64,000 bases of DNA from Longimicrobium sp. (GTDB lineage: Bacteria; Gemmatimonadota; Gemmatimonadetes; Longimicrobiales; Longimicrobiaceae): NCBI GenBank assembly GCA_036398975.1, contig DASWNZ010000208.1, positions 292 to 64,291 of the forward strand, given 5' to 3'. Under the pieces are notes generated by a model. It had not been told where the DNA came from. It made no database searches and saw only the letters and a list, made by a program, of their open reading frames with translations. This document shows positions 36,541 through 45,032 of this stretch, in pieces; within the stretch, counting starts at the first letter, position 1, and every line of letters begins with the position of its first letter. Both the position numbers and the translations under genes were made by a program.

Positions 36541-36987
36541 CTACGACCCCAGCGACTGCTTCACCAGCAGGTCATGCGTCGCCTTCTGGGCGGGCGAGAG
36601 CTTGGCGGGGATGCCGACGATGATCGCGGGCTGCGAGGGCGCATCGGGGAGGTGGAGGACGAGGTGGTCGGGGGGGACGGGACGGGCGTACTCGGCGGCG
36701 CGGCCCGTGGGGTCGATCTGGACGGTGCGGCCCTTCGCCGCAAGCGTCGCGAGGACGCGGCCGTACTCCAGCCACTCCGCGCGCGGGTCGGAATCCTCCG
36801 CGGCGACGGCGGGGATCAGCTGCTCCTCGAAGTAGGCGCGCGCCCGGCGAAAGGCTTCGGGATCCGCGTCGCGGAGCGCCACCATCTGCTTGCGATAGAA
36901 CTCGCGCGGGTCACGGGCGCCGGCCTGCTGCAGGGCGCTCTCGAAGCGGGCGTCGGCGCGGGCGCGGAGGTCGGAGGGTGCGGGCAT
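36541..36987 (-). CDS. hypothetical protein (148 aa)
   Basis: Start at ATG 36987 (MPAPSDLRARADARFE) inside ORF 36541..37260. High GC3. Its last 23 coding nt plus stop are duplicated at 36273-36298. Confidence 0.6.
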   Translation of the reverse strand: MPAPSDLRARADARFESALQQAGARDPREFYRKQMVALRDADPEAFRRARAYFEEQLIPAVAAEDSDPRAEWLEYGRVLATLAAKGRTVQIDPTGRAAEYARPVPPDHLVLHLPDAPSQPAIIVGIPAKLSPAQKATHDLLVKQSLGS

Positions 36988-37258
36988 CGTCGGCTCAGTG
37001 GCGGTGGACGCGGGCCGGGAAGCTACCCCGCCACGGACACTCGCGCCACGGTACGCCGCCCCCGCCTCTCCCTCACCATCGACACCAGCAGGCATACGCC
37101 TCCGGCGAGCCCCGCGGCCAAACACGCCTTGAAGCGGTGGTAGTCCCAGCAGAGCGGGTAGGTGCACGCCAGCAGCATCAGCCCCGTCACCAGTCTGGTG
37201 CGGGGAACGAAACTTGTAGCGTGGTGGCGCCTTACATTCGCACATACAGGGAGGTCGC

Positions 37259-37813
37259 ATGGTTCAGCCGATTCCGTTCCCCCGCACTGGCGACGACGGC
37301 GGAGGTGGCGCGTCGGACACGCTGGAGCTCTCGTGGGAGCTGTTCGGCGAGCTCTGCCGCGCGCTGGCCATCCGCGTGGCGCACGAGTACGAACCGGACC
37401 TGGTGATCGGCATAGCCACGGCGGGCGTGATCCCCGCGGCGACCGTCGCGGGGATCCTGCAGGTGGAGTTCGAGTCGATGAAGATCTCGCGGCGCGACGG
37501 CAGCGCGGTGGCCCGTCCGGCGCCCACGGTCCTCTCCTCGGCGCCGCCGCGCGCGCGTGGGCGGCGCGTGCTGATCGTGGACGAGCTCACCACCAGCGGC
37601 GACACGCTGCGGCTGGCCCTCGCCGCCGTGCGCGAGGTGGGGCCGGCCGAAGTACGCACCGCCACCTCCTTCGTGCGCCCCGGCGGCTACCGCCCCGACT
37701 TCTTCGCCCTGGAGACGCCCGCGCTCATCGTCTTCCCCTGGGACCGCCAGGTGATCGAGCGCGGCGAGCTGGTGACCCCGCCCATCTACACGGGGCCGAT
37801 CCTGCACGCCTAA
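37259..37813 (+). CDS. phosphoribosyltransferase
   Basis: 184 aa. PRPP-binding motif VLIVDELTTSGDTL. AGGGAGG RBS at 37248. Confidence 0.8.
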   Translation: MVQPIPFPRTGDDGGGGASDTLELSWELFGELCRALAIRVAHEYEPDLVIGIATAGVIPAATVAGILQVEFESMKISRRDGSAVARPAPTVLSSAPPRARGRRVLIVDELTTSGDTLRLALAAVREVGPAEVRTATSFVRPGGYRPDFFALETPALIVFPWDRQVIERGELVTPPIYTGPILHA

Positions 37814-38157
37814 CGGGTGTTGGGGCAGTCGCGCTCCGCCGTCTTCCGCATCTCCACCAGCTCGACGACGTGGAACTCGCGATCGTTGCCGCCCATTGGG
37901 CCGTAGCGGCCGGGCGCCCCCACGGTGCCGCGGAGGCGCGCGAACACGGGCTCGTACATCGCGTCGGCGAGCGAGTCGTAGCGCGCGTGCATCTCGGTGG
38001 TGAGGAGGGGGAGCCAGTTTTCCGACGACTGGCAGGGGCGGAAGGAGGCCGTCTCGAAGCCGAACGTGAGCCGGCCTTCCACCACGACGTCGTCCGCGTG
38101 ACTCACGTCGCGGCACCCCGCCGCGAGCACCAGCGCGCACACGAGAAGACGCTTCAT
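37810..38157 (-). CDS. hypothetical lipoprotein
   Basis: Start at MKRLLVCALVLAAGC (lipobox) within ORF 37810..38217. Convergent 4-nt overlap with the PRTase stop. Confidence 0.6.
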   Translation of the reverse strand: MKRLLVCALVLAAGCRDVSHADDVVVEGRLTFGFETASFRPCQSSENWLPLLTTEMHARYDSLADAMYEPVFARLRGTVGAPGRYGPMGGNDREFHVVELVEMRKTAERDCPNTR

Positions 38158-38249
38158 TTGGCTGACCTCCTGGAGTGGTCGAATGCGGCGGACACCGTGA
38201 GTGTCGCTCCCCATCAACGCCCACGCGGCCCGCGTGTGACACCCGCGCC

Positions 38250-39302
38250 ATGAAGACCCTCCGCCGCGCCCGCATCCTCCTGGCCGCCCTGGCTCTCGCC
38301 GCGTGCGCCACGACGGGAACCCGCACCTCCGCCGGCCACCTCGTCCGCGACACCGTCGACGCGCCGTCGCTCGCTGGGAACCGGCTGGGCGACCCTGCGC
38401 GGCGCGAGGCGCTGGTGTACCTGCCGCCCGGCTACGGCACGGGAAACCGCCGCTACGCTACGCTCTACGTGCTGCACGGCTTCGACGCGCCGCTCCAGGC
38501 GTTCGAAACGGGGCGGGTGCCCATCCGCGTGCTGATGGACTCCCTGATCGCGGCGGGGCGCGCGCGTCCCATGATCGTGGTGGTGCCCGATGCGCGGAAC
38601 GCGTACGGCGGCGCCTTCTACACCAACTCGCTCGTAGCGGGGAACTGGGCGGACTTCGTGGCGCGCGACCTGGTGGCGCACGTGGACCGGCGCTACCGCA
38701 CCCTCCCGCGCGCCGCATCGCGCGGGATCGAGGGGCACTCGATGGGCGGCTTCGGCGCGCTGACCCTCGCCGCGCGCCACCCGGACGTCTTCGGTGCGGT
38801 GTACGCCGCCTCGCCGTGCTGCTTCGGGCCTCGCATGATGGACGATCTGGCCCCCTACTGGCCTGCCGCTCTCTCGCTCGCTGACCGGGATGCAGTGAGC
38901 GCCGCCGGCTTCCAGGCGCGCCTGATCCTCGGCCTCGCCACCGCTCTCACGCCCGCACCGGAGCGCGCGCCGCTCTTCGTCGATCTCCCCTTCCGCCGCG
39001 GCGCGGACGGCGCCCTGGTCCGCGACGAGCCCGCCTACTCCCGCTGGACCGCCCTCACCCCGTCATCGCTCGTGCGCGCGAACGCCGACGGCCTGCGCCG
39101 GCTGCGTGGCATCCGCTTCGACGTGGGCACCTCGGACGCCTTCACCCACATCCTCCCCAACCTGCGCGAGCTCTCCGCCGCGCTGGACTCCGCCGGCATC
39201 CGCCACACATTCCAGCCCTACCCCGGCGACCACGTCAGCGGCCTCCGCCCTCGCTTCGCATCCGAGGTGATCCCCTTCTTCTCGGCCACGCTCCAGCACT
39301 GA
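38250..39302 (+). CDS. esterase-family alpha/beta hydrolase (putative esterase, PF00756-like), lipoprotein
   Basis: Start at MKTLRRARILLAALALAAC within ORF 38175..39302. YVLHGF and GHSMGGFGAL motifs. Confidence 0.8.
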   Translation: MKTLRRARILLAALALAACATTGTRTSAGHLVRDTVDAPSLAGNRLGDPARREALVYLPPGYGTGNRRYATLYVLHGFDAPLQAFETGRVPIRVLMDSLIAAGRARPMIVVVPDARNAYGGAFYTNSLVAGNWADFVARDLVAHVDRRYRTLPRAASRGIEGHSMGGFGALTLAARHPDVFGAVYAASPCCFGPRMMDDLAPYWPAALSLADRDAVSAAGFQARLILGLATALTPAPERAPLFVDLPFRRGADGALVRDEPAYSRWTALTPSSLVRANADGLRRLRGIRFDVGTSDAFTHILPNLRELSAALDSAGIRHTFQPYPGDHVSGLRPRFASEVIPFFSATLQH

Positions 39303-39311
39303 AACTGCGGG

Positions 39312-39395
39312 CTCACGCGGAGACGCGGAGACGCAGAGAGAGGACTACGGAGAGATTCCTCCGCGGCTTGCACTTCCCTCCGCGCCTCCGCGTGA
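39312..39395. repeat. R5 palindrome between convergent genes
   Basis: CTCACGCGGAGACGCGGAGACGCAGAGAG...CCTCCGCGCCTCCGCGTGA. Lies between the esterase stop (39302) and the rho stop (39495). Confidence 0.85.
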
Positions 39396-39432
39396 TGCTG
39401 TTGCCGTCGCCCCGGCTCTGATGCATGCAAGC

Positions 39433-39491
39433 GCCCCCTCCCCCAGCGGTTTGGGGGAGGGGGCAGCGAGGTAACGAGCGGGGGAGGGGGC
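39433..39491. repeat. R6 repeat
   Basis: GCCCCCTCCCCCAGCGGTTTGGGGGAGGGGGCAGCGAGGTAACGAGCGGGGGAGGGGGC. Ends 4 nt from the rho stop. Confidence 0.85.
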
Positions 39492-39494
39492 CTG

Positions 39495-40745
39495 CTACCC
39501 GCGCGCCATCGAGTCCAGGAAGTCCTTGTTAGCCTTGGTCTTCTTCATCCGCGTAAGGAGGAAGTCGATCGACTCGGCCGGCGCCATGTCCGAGAGGAAG
39601 TTTCGCAGCAGGTAGACGCGCGTCAGCTCCAGCTCGCTGAGGAGGAGGTCTTCGCGGCGCGTGCCCGAGCGGTTGATGTCGATCGCCGGGAAGATGCGCT
39701 TGTCCGCGATGTGGCGGTCGAGCACCAGCTCCATGTTGCCGGTCCCCTTGAACTCCTCAAAGATCACCTCGTCCATCCGGCTCCCCGTCTCCACCAGCGC
39801 CGTGGCGACGATGGTGAGCGAGCCGCCCTCCTCGATGTTGCGCGCCGCGCCGAAGAAGCGCTTCGGCTTGTGCAGCGCGTTGGCGTCCACACCGCCGGAG
39901 AGGATCTTTCCGGAGTGCGGCACCGTCACGTTGTAGGCACGCGCCAGGCGGGTGATGGAGTCCAGCAGGATCACCACGTCGCGGCCGTGCTCCACCAGGC
40001 GCTTGGCCTTTTCCAGCACCATCTCCGCGACCTGCGTGTGCCGGTCGGCCGGCTCGTCGAAGGTGGACGAGATCACCTCGGCGCGGACGTTCTCCTGCAT
40101 GTCCGTCACCTCTTCCGGCCGCTCGTCGATGAGCAGCACGATGAGGTGCACCTCGGGGTGGTTCTCGGTGATGGCGTTGGCCATCTTCTGCATCAGGATC
40201 GTCTTGCCGGCCTTGGGCGGCGCCACGATCAGCCCGCGCTGCCCCTTGCCCAGCGGCGCGATCAGGTCCATCACGCGCATCGACAGGTCGCCCGTGGGGG
40301 CTTCCAGCTTGACGCGCTGGTCCGGATAGCGCGGGCGCAGGTTGTCGAAGGCGATGCGGTGCTTCGCCTTGTCCGGCTCGTCGCCGTTGACGCGCTCCAC
40401 CTTGAGGAGCGCCAGGTACCGCTCGCCTTCCTTGGGCGGGCGCACCTGCCCCAGCACCGTGTCGCCGGTGCGCAGGTCGAAGCGCTTGATCTGGCTGGGC
40501 GAGACGTAGATGTCGTCCGGCCCGTACAGGTAGTTCCAGTCCTGAGAGCGGAGGAAGCCGTACCCCTCGGGGAGAACCTCCAGCACGCCCTCGCCGCGCA
40601 GCACGACCTCGGAGTCCAGCAGGTTCTGCTCGATGCGGTAGATAAGGTCCTGCTTGCGGAGCCCCGAGTAGTTCGAGATGTTGAGGCCTTCGGCCATCTC
40701 GTGCAGCTCGGCGATGCTCTTGGATTTTATGGTAGTGATGTCCAC
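39495..40745 (-). CDS. rho: transcription termination factor Rho
   Basis: 416 aa with a GTG start. RNA-binding [18 protein letters not shown], Walker [15 protein letters not shown] and SGVDANAL motifs. Confidence 0.95.
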   Translation of the reverse strand: MDITTIKSKSIAELHEMAEGLNISNYSGLRKQDLIYRIEQNLLDSEVVLRGEGVLEVLPEGYGFLRSQDWNYLYGPDDIYVSPSQIKRFDLRTGDTVLGQVRPPKEGERYLALLKVERVNGDEPDKAKHRIAFDNLRPRYPDQRVKLEAPTGDLSMRVMDLIAPLGKGQRGLIVAPPKAGKTILMQKMANAITENHPEVHLIVLLIDERPEEVTDMQENVRAEVISSTFDEPADRHTQVAEMVLEKAKRLVEHGRDVVILLDSITRLARAYNVTVPHSGKILSGGVDANALHKPKRFFGAARNIEEGGSLTIVATALVETGSRMDEVIFEEFKGTGNMELVLDRHIADKRIFPAIDINRSGTRREDLLLSELELTRVYLLRNFLSDMAPAESIDFLLTRMKKTKANKDFLDSMARG

Positions 40746-40900
40746 GTGGGTCTCCGAATGCGTCAGCGCGTCCCGCGGGTCAGGGGGTGCGATCCCGCCC
40801 GATCCGCTGGATGGTCTTCTGAGGGGTCTGAGCGGGGAGCAAGGAAGAGGGCGGAGTGCGCCCGAGGCTTGCCTGATGATCTATGGGGGACAGTGGCCCC

Positions 40901-40929
40901 AACCTAACTCCCGCTATTTCCACGGTCAA
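40901..40929 (-). promoter_or_regulatory. sigma-70-like promoter of rho
   Basis: Minus strand reads TTGACC - 17 nt - TAGGTT, giving a leader of about 150 nt before GTG 40745. Confidence 0.4.
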
Positions 40930-40931
40930 GT

Positions 40932-42056
40932 GTGCCGTTCACCCCTCTGACGGAGCTCTTCGCCTCCGTCCGGGTGGTGCGGATCGGCGACCGCGAGGTC
41001 GTCTTCGGCCTCCTGATACCCGGTGTGGCCCCGGACGGTCCAGCCGTGCGCCGCATGCTGGAGGGGTGGCCCGGCTCGCACTGGGCCTCCCCCGCCGGCG
41101 ACGGCTGGGAGATCGCGGAGGTCCGCACCCGCCGGCCGCGCCGCGAGCGGTGGCTTCTGCACGCCCTCCTGCTGCTGGCGGCCCTCTTCAGCGCCACCGT
41201 CTCCGGCGCGCTGATCGCCGGCCGCGATCCGCTGGGGCTGACGGAGCGGATGGTGCTCGGCGTGGCGCTCCCCGTCCCCACCGGGTTATACGCCGCCGCG
41301 CTCCTTCCCGGACTCCTCTTCTCTATCCCGTTGATGGGCGTGCTGCTCGGGCACGAACTGGGCCACTACGTGGCGGCGAAGCGTCACAACCTGGACGCCT
41401 CGCCGCCGTACTTCATCCCCGCGCCTTTTTTCCTCAGCCTGATCGGCACGCTGGGCGCCTTCATCCGCCTGCGCTCCCCCATGCTTCACCGCCGGATGCT
41501 GATGGACGTCGGCGCGGCGGGTCCGCTGGCGGGGCTCGTCTTCGCGCTGCCGGTGGCCGCGGTCGGGATCGCGCTGAGCCGCCCGGCCGTCCTGCTCCCC
41601 GGCCTGGCTGGGCGCAACCTCTTCCCCTTCCTCGGCATCCCGCTGCAGCTGGGCGACTCGCTGCTGTGGATGGCCCTCCGCGCCGTCTTCGCGCCTGACG
41701 CGCAGGTGCTGATCCTCCACCCGATGGCGGTTGCGGGGTGGGTGGGGCTCTTCTTCACGGCGATGAACCTCCTCCCCGTCGCCCAGCTCGACGGCGGCCA
41801 CATCGTCTACGCCCTCTTCGGCGCCCGGCGGCAGCTCGCCGTGGCGACGTTCTTCTTCGCCACTCTGCTCGTGCTGGGGTGGTGGTGGCCGGGATGGTGG
41901 TTCTGGGCCGTGCTCGTCCTCCTGATCGGCCGCGGCCGCCTGTCGCACCCGCCCGTCCTAGACCCTCGCCTTCCCCTCACCTCCGGCCAGCGTGTGGCGG
42001 GGTGGGTGTGCGTCGTGTTCTTTGTGCTCGCGTTCGTACCGGTGCCGGTGTCCTGA
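40932..42056 (+). CDS. site-2 protease family (M50) membrane metalloprotease
   Basis: 374 aa with a GTG start, polytopic. HELGHYVAAKRH zinc motif and NLLPVAQLDGGH second motif. Confidence 0.85.
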   Translation: MPFTPLTELFASVRVVRIGDREVVFGLLIPGVAPDGPAVRRMLEGWPGSHWASPAGDGWEIAEVRTRRPRRERWLLHALLLLAALFSATVSGALIAGRDPLGLTERMVLGVALPVPTGLYAAALLPGLLFSIPLMGVLLGHELGHYVAAKRHNLDASPPYFIPAPFFLSLIGTLGAFIRLRSPMLHRRMLMDVGAAGPLAGLVFALPVAAVGIALSRPAVLLPGLAGRNLFPFLGIPLQLGDSLLWMALRAVFAPDAQVLILHPMAVAGWVGLFFTAMNLLPVAQLDGGHIVYALFGARRQLAVATFFFATLLVLGWWWPGWWFWAVLVLLIGRGRLSHPPVLDPRLPLTSGQRVAGWVCVVFFVLAFVPVPVS

Positions 42057-42070
42057 TAAGTTATTCGTCA

Positions 42071-42101
42071 TTGATTTCGCGAAGTATATAACGTATATCT
42101 T
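42071..42101 (+). promoter_or_regulatory. AT-rich promoter/operator candidate upstream of mobile mystery protein A
   Basis: TTGATT followed by GAAGTATATAACGTATATCTTATAC, the most AT-rich stretch of the window. The exact -10 is ambiguous (TATATC at 17 nt or TATCTT at 19 nt). Confidence 0.35.
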
Positions 42102-42133
42102 ATACAACCTGCGGCTTCTACAACGGATACCTG

Positions 42134-42607
42134 ATGACTACTTCGTTCGGACGACTCCGGCGCAGGCACCTCGACACGCTTGTTACTGCGCTGAACCCTC
42201 TCCGGCGCATGAGCCCGCCTCCGCGTGGGTGGGTCAACGAGATCCGGACCACCCTCGGGCTGACTTCGGCGCAGCTCGGGGCACGCATGGGAGTGAGTCA
42301 GTCTGCGGTGAGCCAGCTGGAGCGCAGAGAGGCGGAGGGGAGCTTGACACTGAACTCGCTCCGCGCCGCGGCGGATGCGCTGGAGTGCGACCTCGTGTAC
42401 GCGCTCGTACCGCGCGCGGGCTCGATCACGGCGATGATGGAGAAACGTGCCCGCGCCGTCGCGGCTGCGACCGTCGCGAGGGTCTCGCACACGATGCGCC
42501 TGGAAGACCAGGGGATCAACGCAGCCGCGATGCGGGAGCAGGTGGAGGAGCTCGCGCGGGACCTCATCGACGATCCGCGTTCGCTCTGGGCGGACGATGT
42601 GGGATGA
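42134..42607 (+). CDS. mobile mystery protein A (XRE-type HTH)
   Basis: 157 aa. HTH LGLTSAQLGARMGVSQSAVSQLERRE. Overlaps the downstream Fic gene by 11 nt, which is the typical A/B pairing. Confidence 0.75.
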   Translation: MTTSFGRLRRRHLDTLVTALNPLRRMSPPPRGWVNEIRTTLGLTSAQLGARMGVSQSAVSQLERREAEGSLTLNSLRAAADALECDLVYALVPRAGSITAMMEKRARAVAAATVARVSHTMRLEDQGINAAAMREQVEELARDLIDDPRSLWADDVG

Positions 42608-43184
42608 CGTACCCGGCGGCGCGACTCCGCTCGACCCGGACGAGATCGAGAGCCTGATCCCAACCCACATCCGCACCCGTGGCGAGCTCGACCAGTGGGA
42701 GCAGGAGAACATCCTGGCCGCGGAGCGCTGGCTGTTCTCGCGCCGGACTCGCCGGAAGATCGAGCTCACGCGGAGCTTCGTCGTGCTCGTGCACAGCCGG
42801 ATGTTCGACCGCACGTGGCAGTGGGCCGGACAGTTCCGGCGCACGGAGCGCAACATCGGCGTCGATCCGCGGGTGATCGCGGTGGAGCTCCGCAGCCTCC
42901 TCGACGACGCCCAGTACTGGCTCGCCAACGGCACCTACGATCTGGACGAGGTGGCGGCGCGGCTTCATCACCGCCTTGTCGCGATCCACCCGTTCCCGAA
43001 CGGCAACGGACGCCACGCGCGCATGTTCGCCGACGCGGTTCTCTTTAGCGAGGGGAAGCCCCGCTTCACCTGGGGAAGCGGAAACCTGCTGGAGACCGGT
43101 GAGCTTCGCCGCCGCTACCTCGGTGCGCTGCGCGCGGCCGACGCTCACGACATCCGCCCGCTCCTGGAGTTCGTGCGGAGCTGA
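42597..43184 (+). CDS. mobile mystery protein B (Fic domain)
   Basis: Start at ATG 42597 (MWDDVPGG) within ORF 42447..43184. Fic motif HPFPNGNGRHARM. Confidence 0.8.
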   Translation: MWDDVPGGATPLDPDEIESLIPTHIRTRGELDQWEQENILAAERWLFSRRTRRKIELTRSFVVLVHSRMFDRTWQWAGQFRRTERNIGVDPRVIAVELRSLLDDAQYWLANGTYDLDEVAARLHHRLVAIHPFPNGNGRHARMFADAVLFSEGKPRFTWGSGNLLETGELRRRYLGALRAADAHDIRPLLEFVRS

Positions 43185-43225
43185 GGAGTCCCGCGGCGAT
43201 GAGGGGGCTCGCTGCCGGACCCTCG

Positions 43226-43304
43226 GTACGCGCAGTAGATCCTTCGCTACGCGCCGTAGGACAGAGCACGGGACAGGATTGAGAGGCGCGTCGCTCAGGA
43301 TGAC
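43226..43304. repeat. LRMT element, right half only
   Basis: CGCAGTAGATCCTTCGCTACGCGCC...GTCGCTCAGGATGAC. The left terminal repeat is absent. Confidence 0.7.
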
Positions 43305-43332
43305 AGAAATGGGGGGCGTGCGCCCCGGTGCA

Positions 43333-43379
43333 GTCCGCGAAGGCGGACTTCGCGTGGTTCCAGCGGCGAATTCATTCGC
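43333..43379. repeat. R3 repeat
   Basis: GTCCGCGAAGGCGGACTTCGCGTGGTTCCAGCGGCGAATTCATTCGC. Confidence 0.8.
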
Positions 43380-43399
43380 TCTGGCCCATTCGGTCTTCA

Positions 43400-43430
43400 A
43401 CGCACTCACGCACTCACGCACTCACGCATT
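43400..43430. repeat. OCT array without an obvious partner arm
   Basis: ACGCACTC x3 followed by ACGCATTA, at the right end of the spacer after the Fic gene. Confidence 0.8.
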
Positions 43431-43539
43431 AATCGCTTCCCCACACTCCCATTCTTGACAAACCCTCACGTTCCGGGGGAGATTCGGTGCGGGGCCGGGC
43501 CCGACGCGGCCCACCACGCCACACCCCGGAGCCCCGCCG

Positions 43540-43881
43540 ATGGCACGCCACAACCGCGAAGGGGAAGGGGAGGACCAGCACGGCCGCCGCTACCGAATCG
43601 GCTACCAGCCGGACTGGCTCCGCCAGGTCAAGGTGACGTGCGACCTGGACAACGGCCGCCAGTCCACCAAGACGCTCCTGCGCAACCCGGAGCGGCCGGC
43701 ACACCCCCCCGGGCCCAGGGTGCACACGCAGATCGACTCGGCGGAGCTGGGGCTGAGCTTCGGGGTGACGCTGCACGACGAGCGCCGCGTGGTCCGCCGC
43801 ATCATCGTGGAGACGGTGATCCCCGGCGAGCGCGGCGAGACCATCTCCTTCGTCGTCTCCACCCTCCCCGACGAAGAGTAG
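43540..43881 (+). CDS. hypothetical protein (113 aa)
   Basis: ORF track. Very high GC3, no repeats inside, no family recognised. Lies 59 nt upstream of a histidine kinase. Confidence 0.55.
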   Translation: MARHNREGEGEDQHGRRYRIGYQPDWLRQVKVTCDLDNGRQSTKTLLRNPERPAHPPGPRVHTQIDSAELGLSFGVTLHDERRVVRRIIVETVIPGERGETISFVVSTLPDEE

Positions 43882-43940
43882 CACATCCTTTCCGGGACGC
43901 TTTTCCCGGCGTCCGCCAACACCTTCCGCGTGAACCCTCC

Positions 43941-44810
43941 ATGATGGTCCTGTTGGCCCAGACCGCGCCGCTCCCGTGCCCGGACACGCGCATCATGTTC
44001 GGCGTGAGCGTGGTGGTGGTGGTGAGCGTGGTGGTGTTCACCGCGGCGGTCATCGTCACGCTGCTGCGGCGCAGCGACCGGCGGCGGGCGGAGGAGGAAA
44101 AGGTGGCCGCCATCGGCACGGCGACCGCGCGCATCCTGCACCAGATCAAGAACCCGCTGCAGACCGTCGTCCTGAACGCCGACATCCTGCAGGACGAGCG
44201 AATCGTGAGCGACGCCACCGGCCGCCGCGAGGTGTGCGAGGCCATCGTTTCCGAGAGCCAGCGGCTGGTGAGCATGCTGGACGAGCTCTCGGTGTACGCC
44301 AGCGGCGCGCGGCGCGCCCTCAGCCGCCAGCCGGTGCCCGTGCACGAGATCGTCGCCCAGCTCGCGCGGCAGCAGGAGCGCGACGCCAGCATGAGCGTCG
44401 ACGCGGGCGTGCTGGGCGAGGCGGTCGTCTTCGCCGATCCGTACTACCTGCGGCAGGTCTTCGAGAACCTGGTGCGCAACGCCTGCGAGGCGATGCACGA
44501 CCAGGACGACCGCCGCCTCACCCTGCGCGTCGAGTCGGCGGCGGGATCGGCGGAGGTGCGCGTGACGGACAACGGGCCTGGGATCGAGCCGGAGAAGCTG
44601 GACCAGATCTTTCAGCCGTTCGTGTCCAGCAAGGGGAAGGGGATGGGGCTTGGGCTCGCCATCTGCCGCGAGATCGTGGAGGGGCACGGCGGGCGGCTTG
44701 AGGTCGAGTCCACGCCGGGCGTCGGCTCCACCTTCATCGTGCGCCTTCCGTTGTACGATGCCACCGCGCTCGAGGCGGGCGCCGGGCGCGCGACCGAGGC
44801 GTGGGTGTAG
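43941..44810 (+). CDS. histidine kinase, single TM, no sensor domain, no cognate regulator nearby
   Basis: In frame within ORF 43455..44810, ATG at 43941 (alternative 43995). TM VSVVVVVSVVVFTAAVIVTLL, H-box LHQIKNPL, N-box NLVRNACEA, G1 DNGPGI, G2 GMGLGLAI. Confidence 0.8.
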   Translation: MMVLLAQTAPLPCPDTRIMFGVSVVVVVSVVVFTAAVIVTLLRRSDRRRAEEEKVAAIGTATARILHQIKNPLQTVVLNADILQDERIVSDATGRREVCEAIVSESQRLVSMLDELSVYASGARRALSRQPVPVHEIVAQLARQQERDASMSVDAGVLGEAVVFADPYYLRQVFENLVRNACEAMHDQDDRRLTLRVESAAGSAEVRVTDNGPGIEPEKLDQIFQPFVSSKGKGMGLGLAICREIVEGHGGRLEVESTPGVGSTFIVRLPLYDATALEAGAGRATEAWV

Positions 44811-44827
44811 GGCGGGATCGCAATTGC

Positions 44828-44950
44828 CTCACGCGGAGACGCGGAGACGCTGAGGAACTGCAAATGCACGGCTCACACAGAGACACAGAGCCACAGAGAG
44901 AGAACAGCATGAGGGATTTTCTCTCCGCGTTCTCCGCGTCTCCGCGTGAG
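44828..44950. repeat. R5 palindrome (compound) between convergent genes
   Basis: CTCACGCGGAGACGCGGAGACGCTGAGG...CTCACACAGAGACACAGAGCCACAGAGAG...CTCTCCGCGTTCTCCGCGTCTCCGCGTGAG. Confidence 0.85.
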
Positions 44951-45032
44951 ACCAGCTGTTCGGATCTTGAGTACAAGCAAAAGGGCGGGCACCGGGGAAG
45001 GCGCCCGCCCTTTTCTATTTCTGCGCTCTTGC

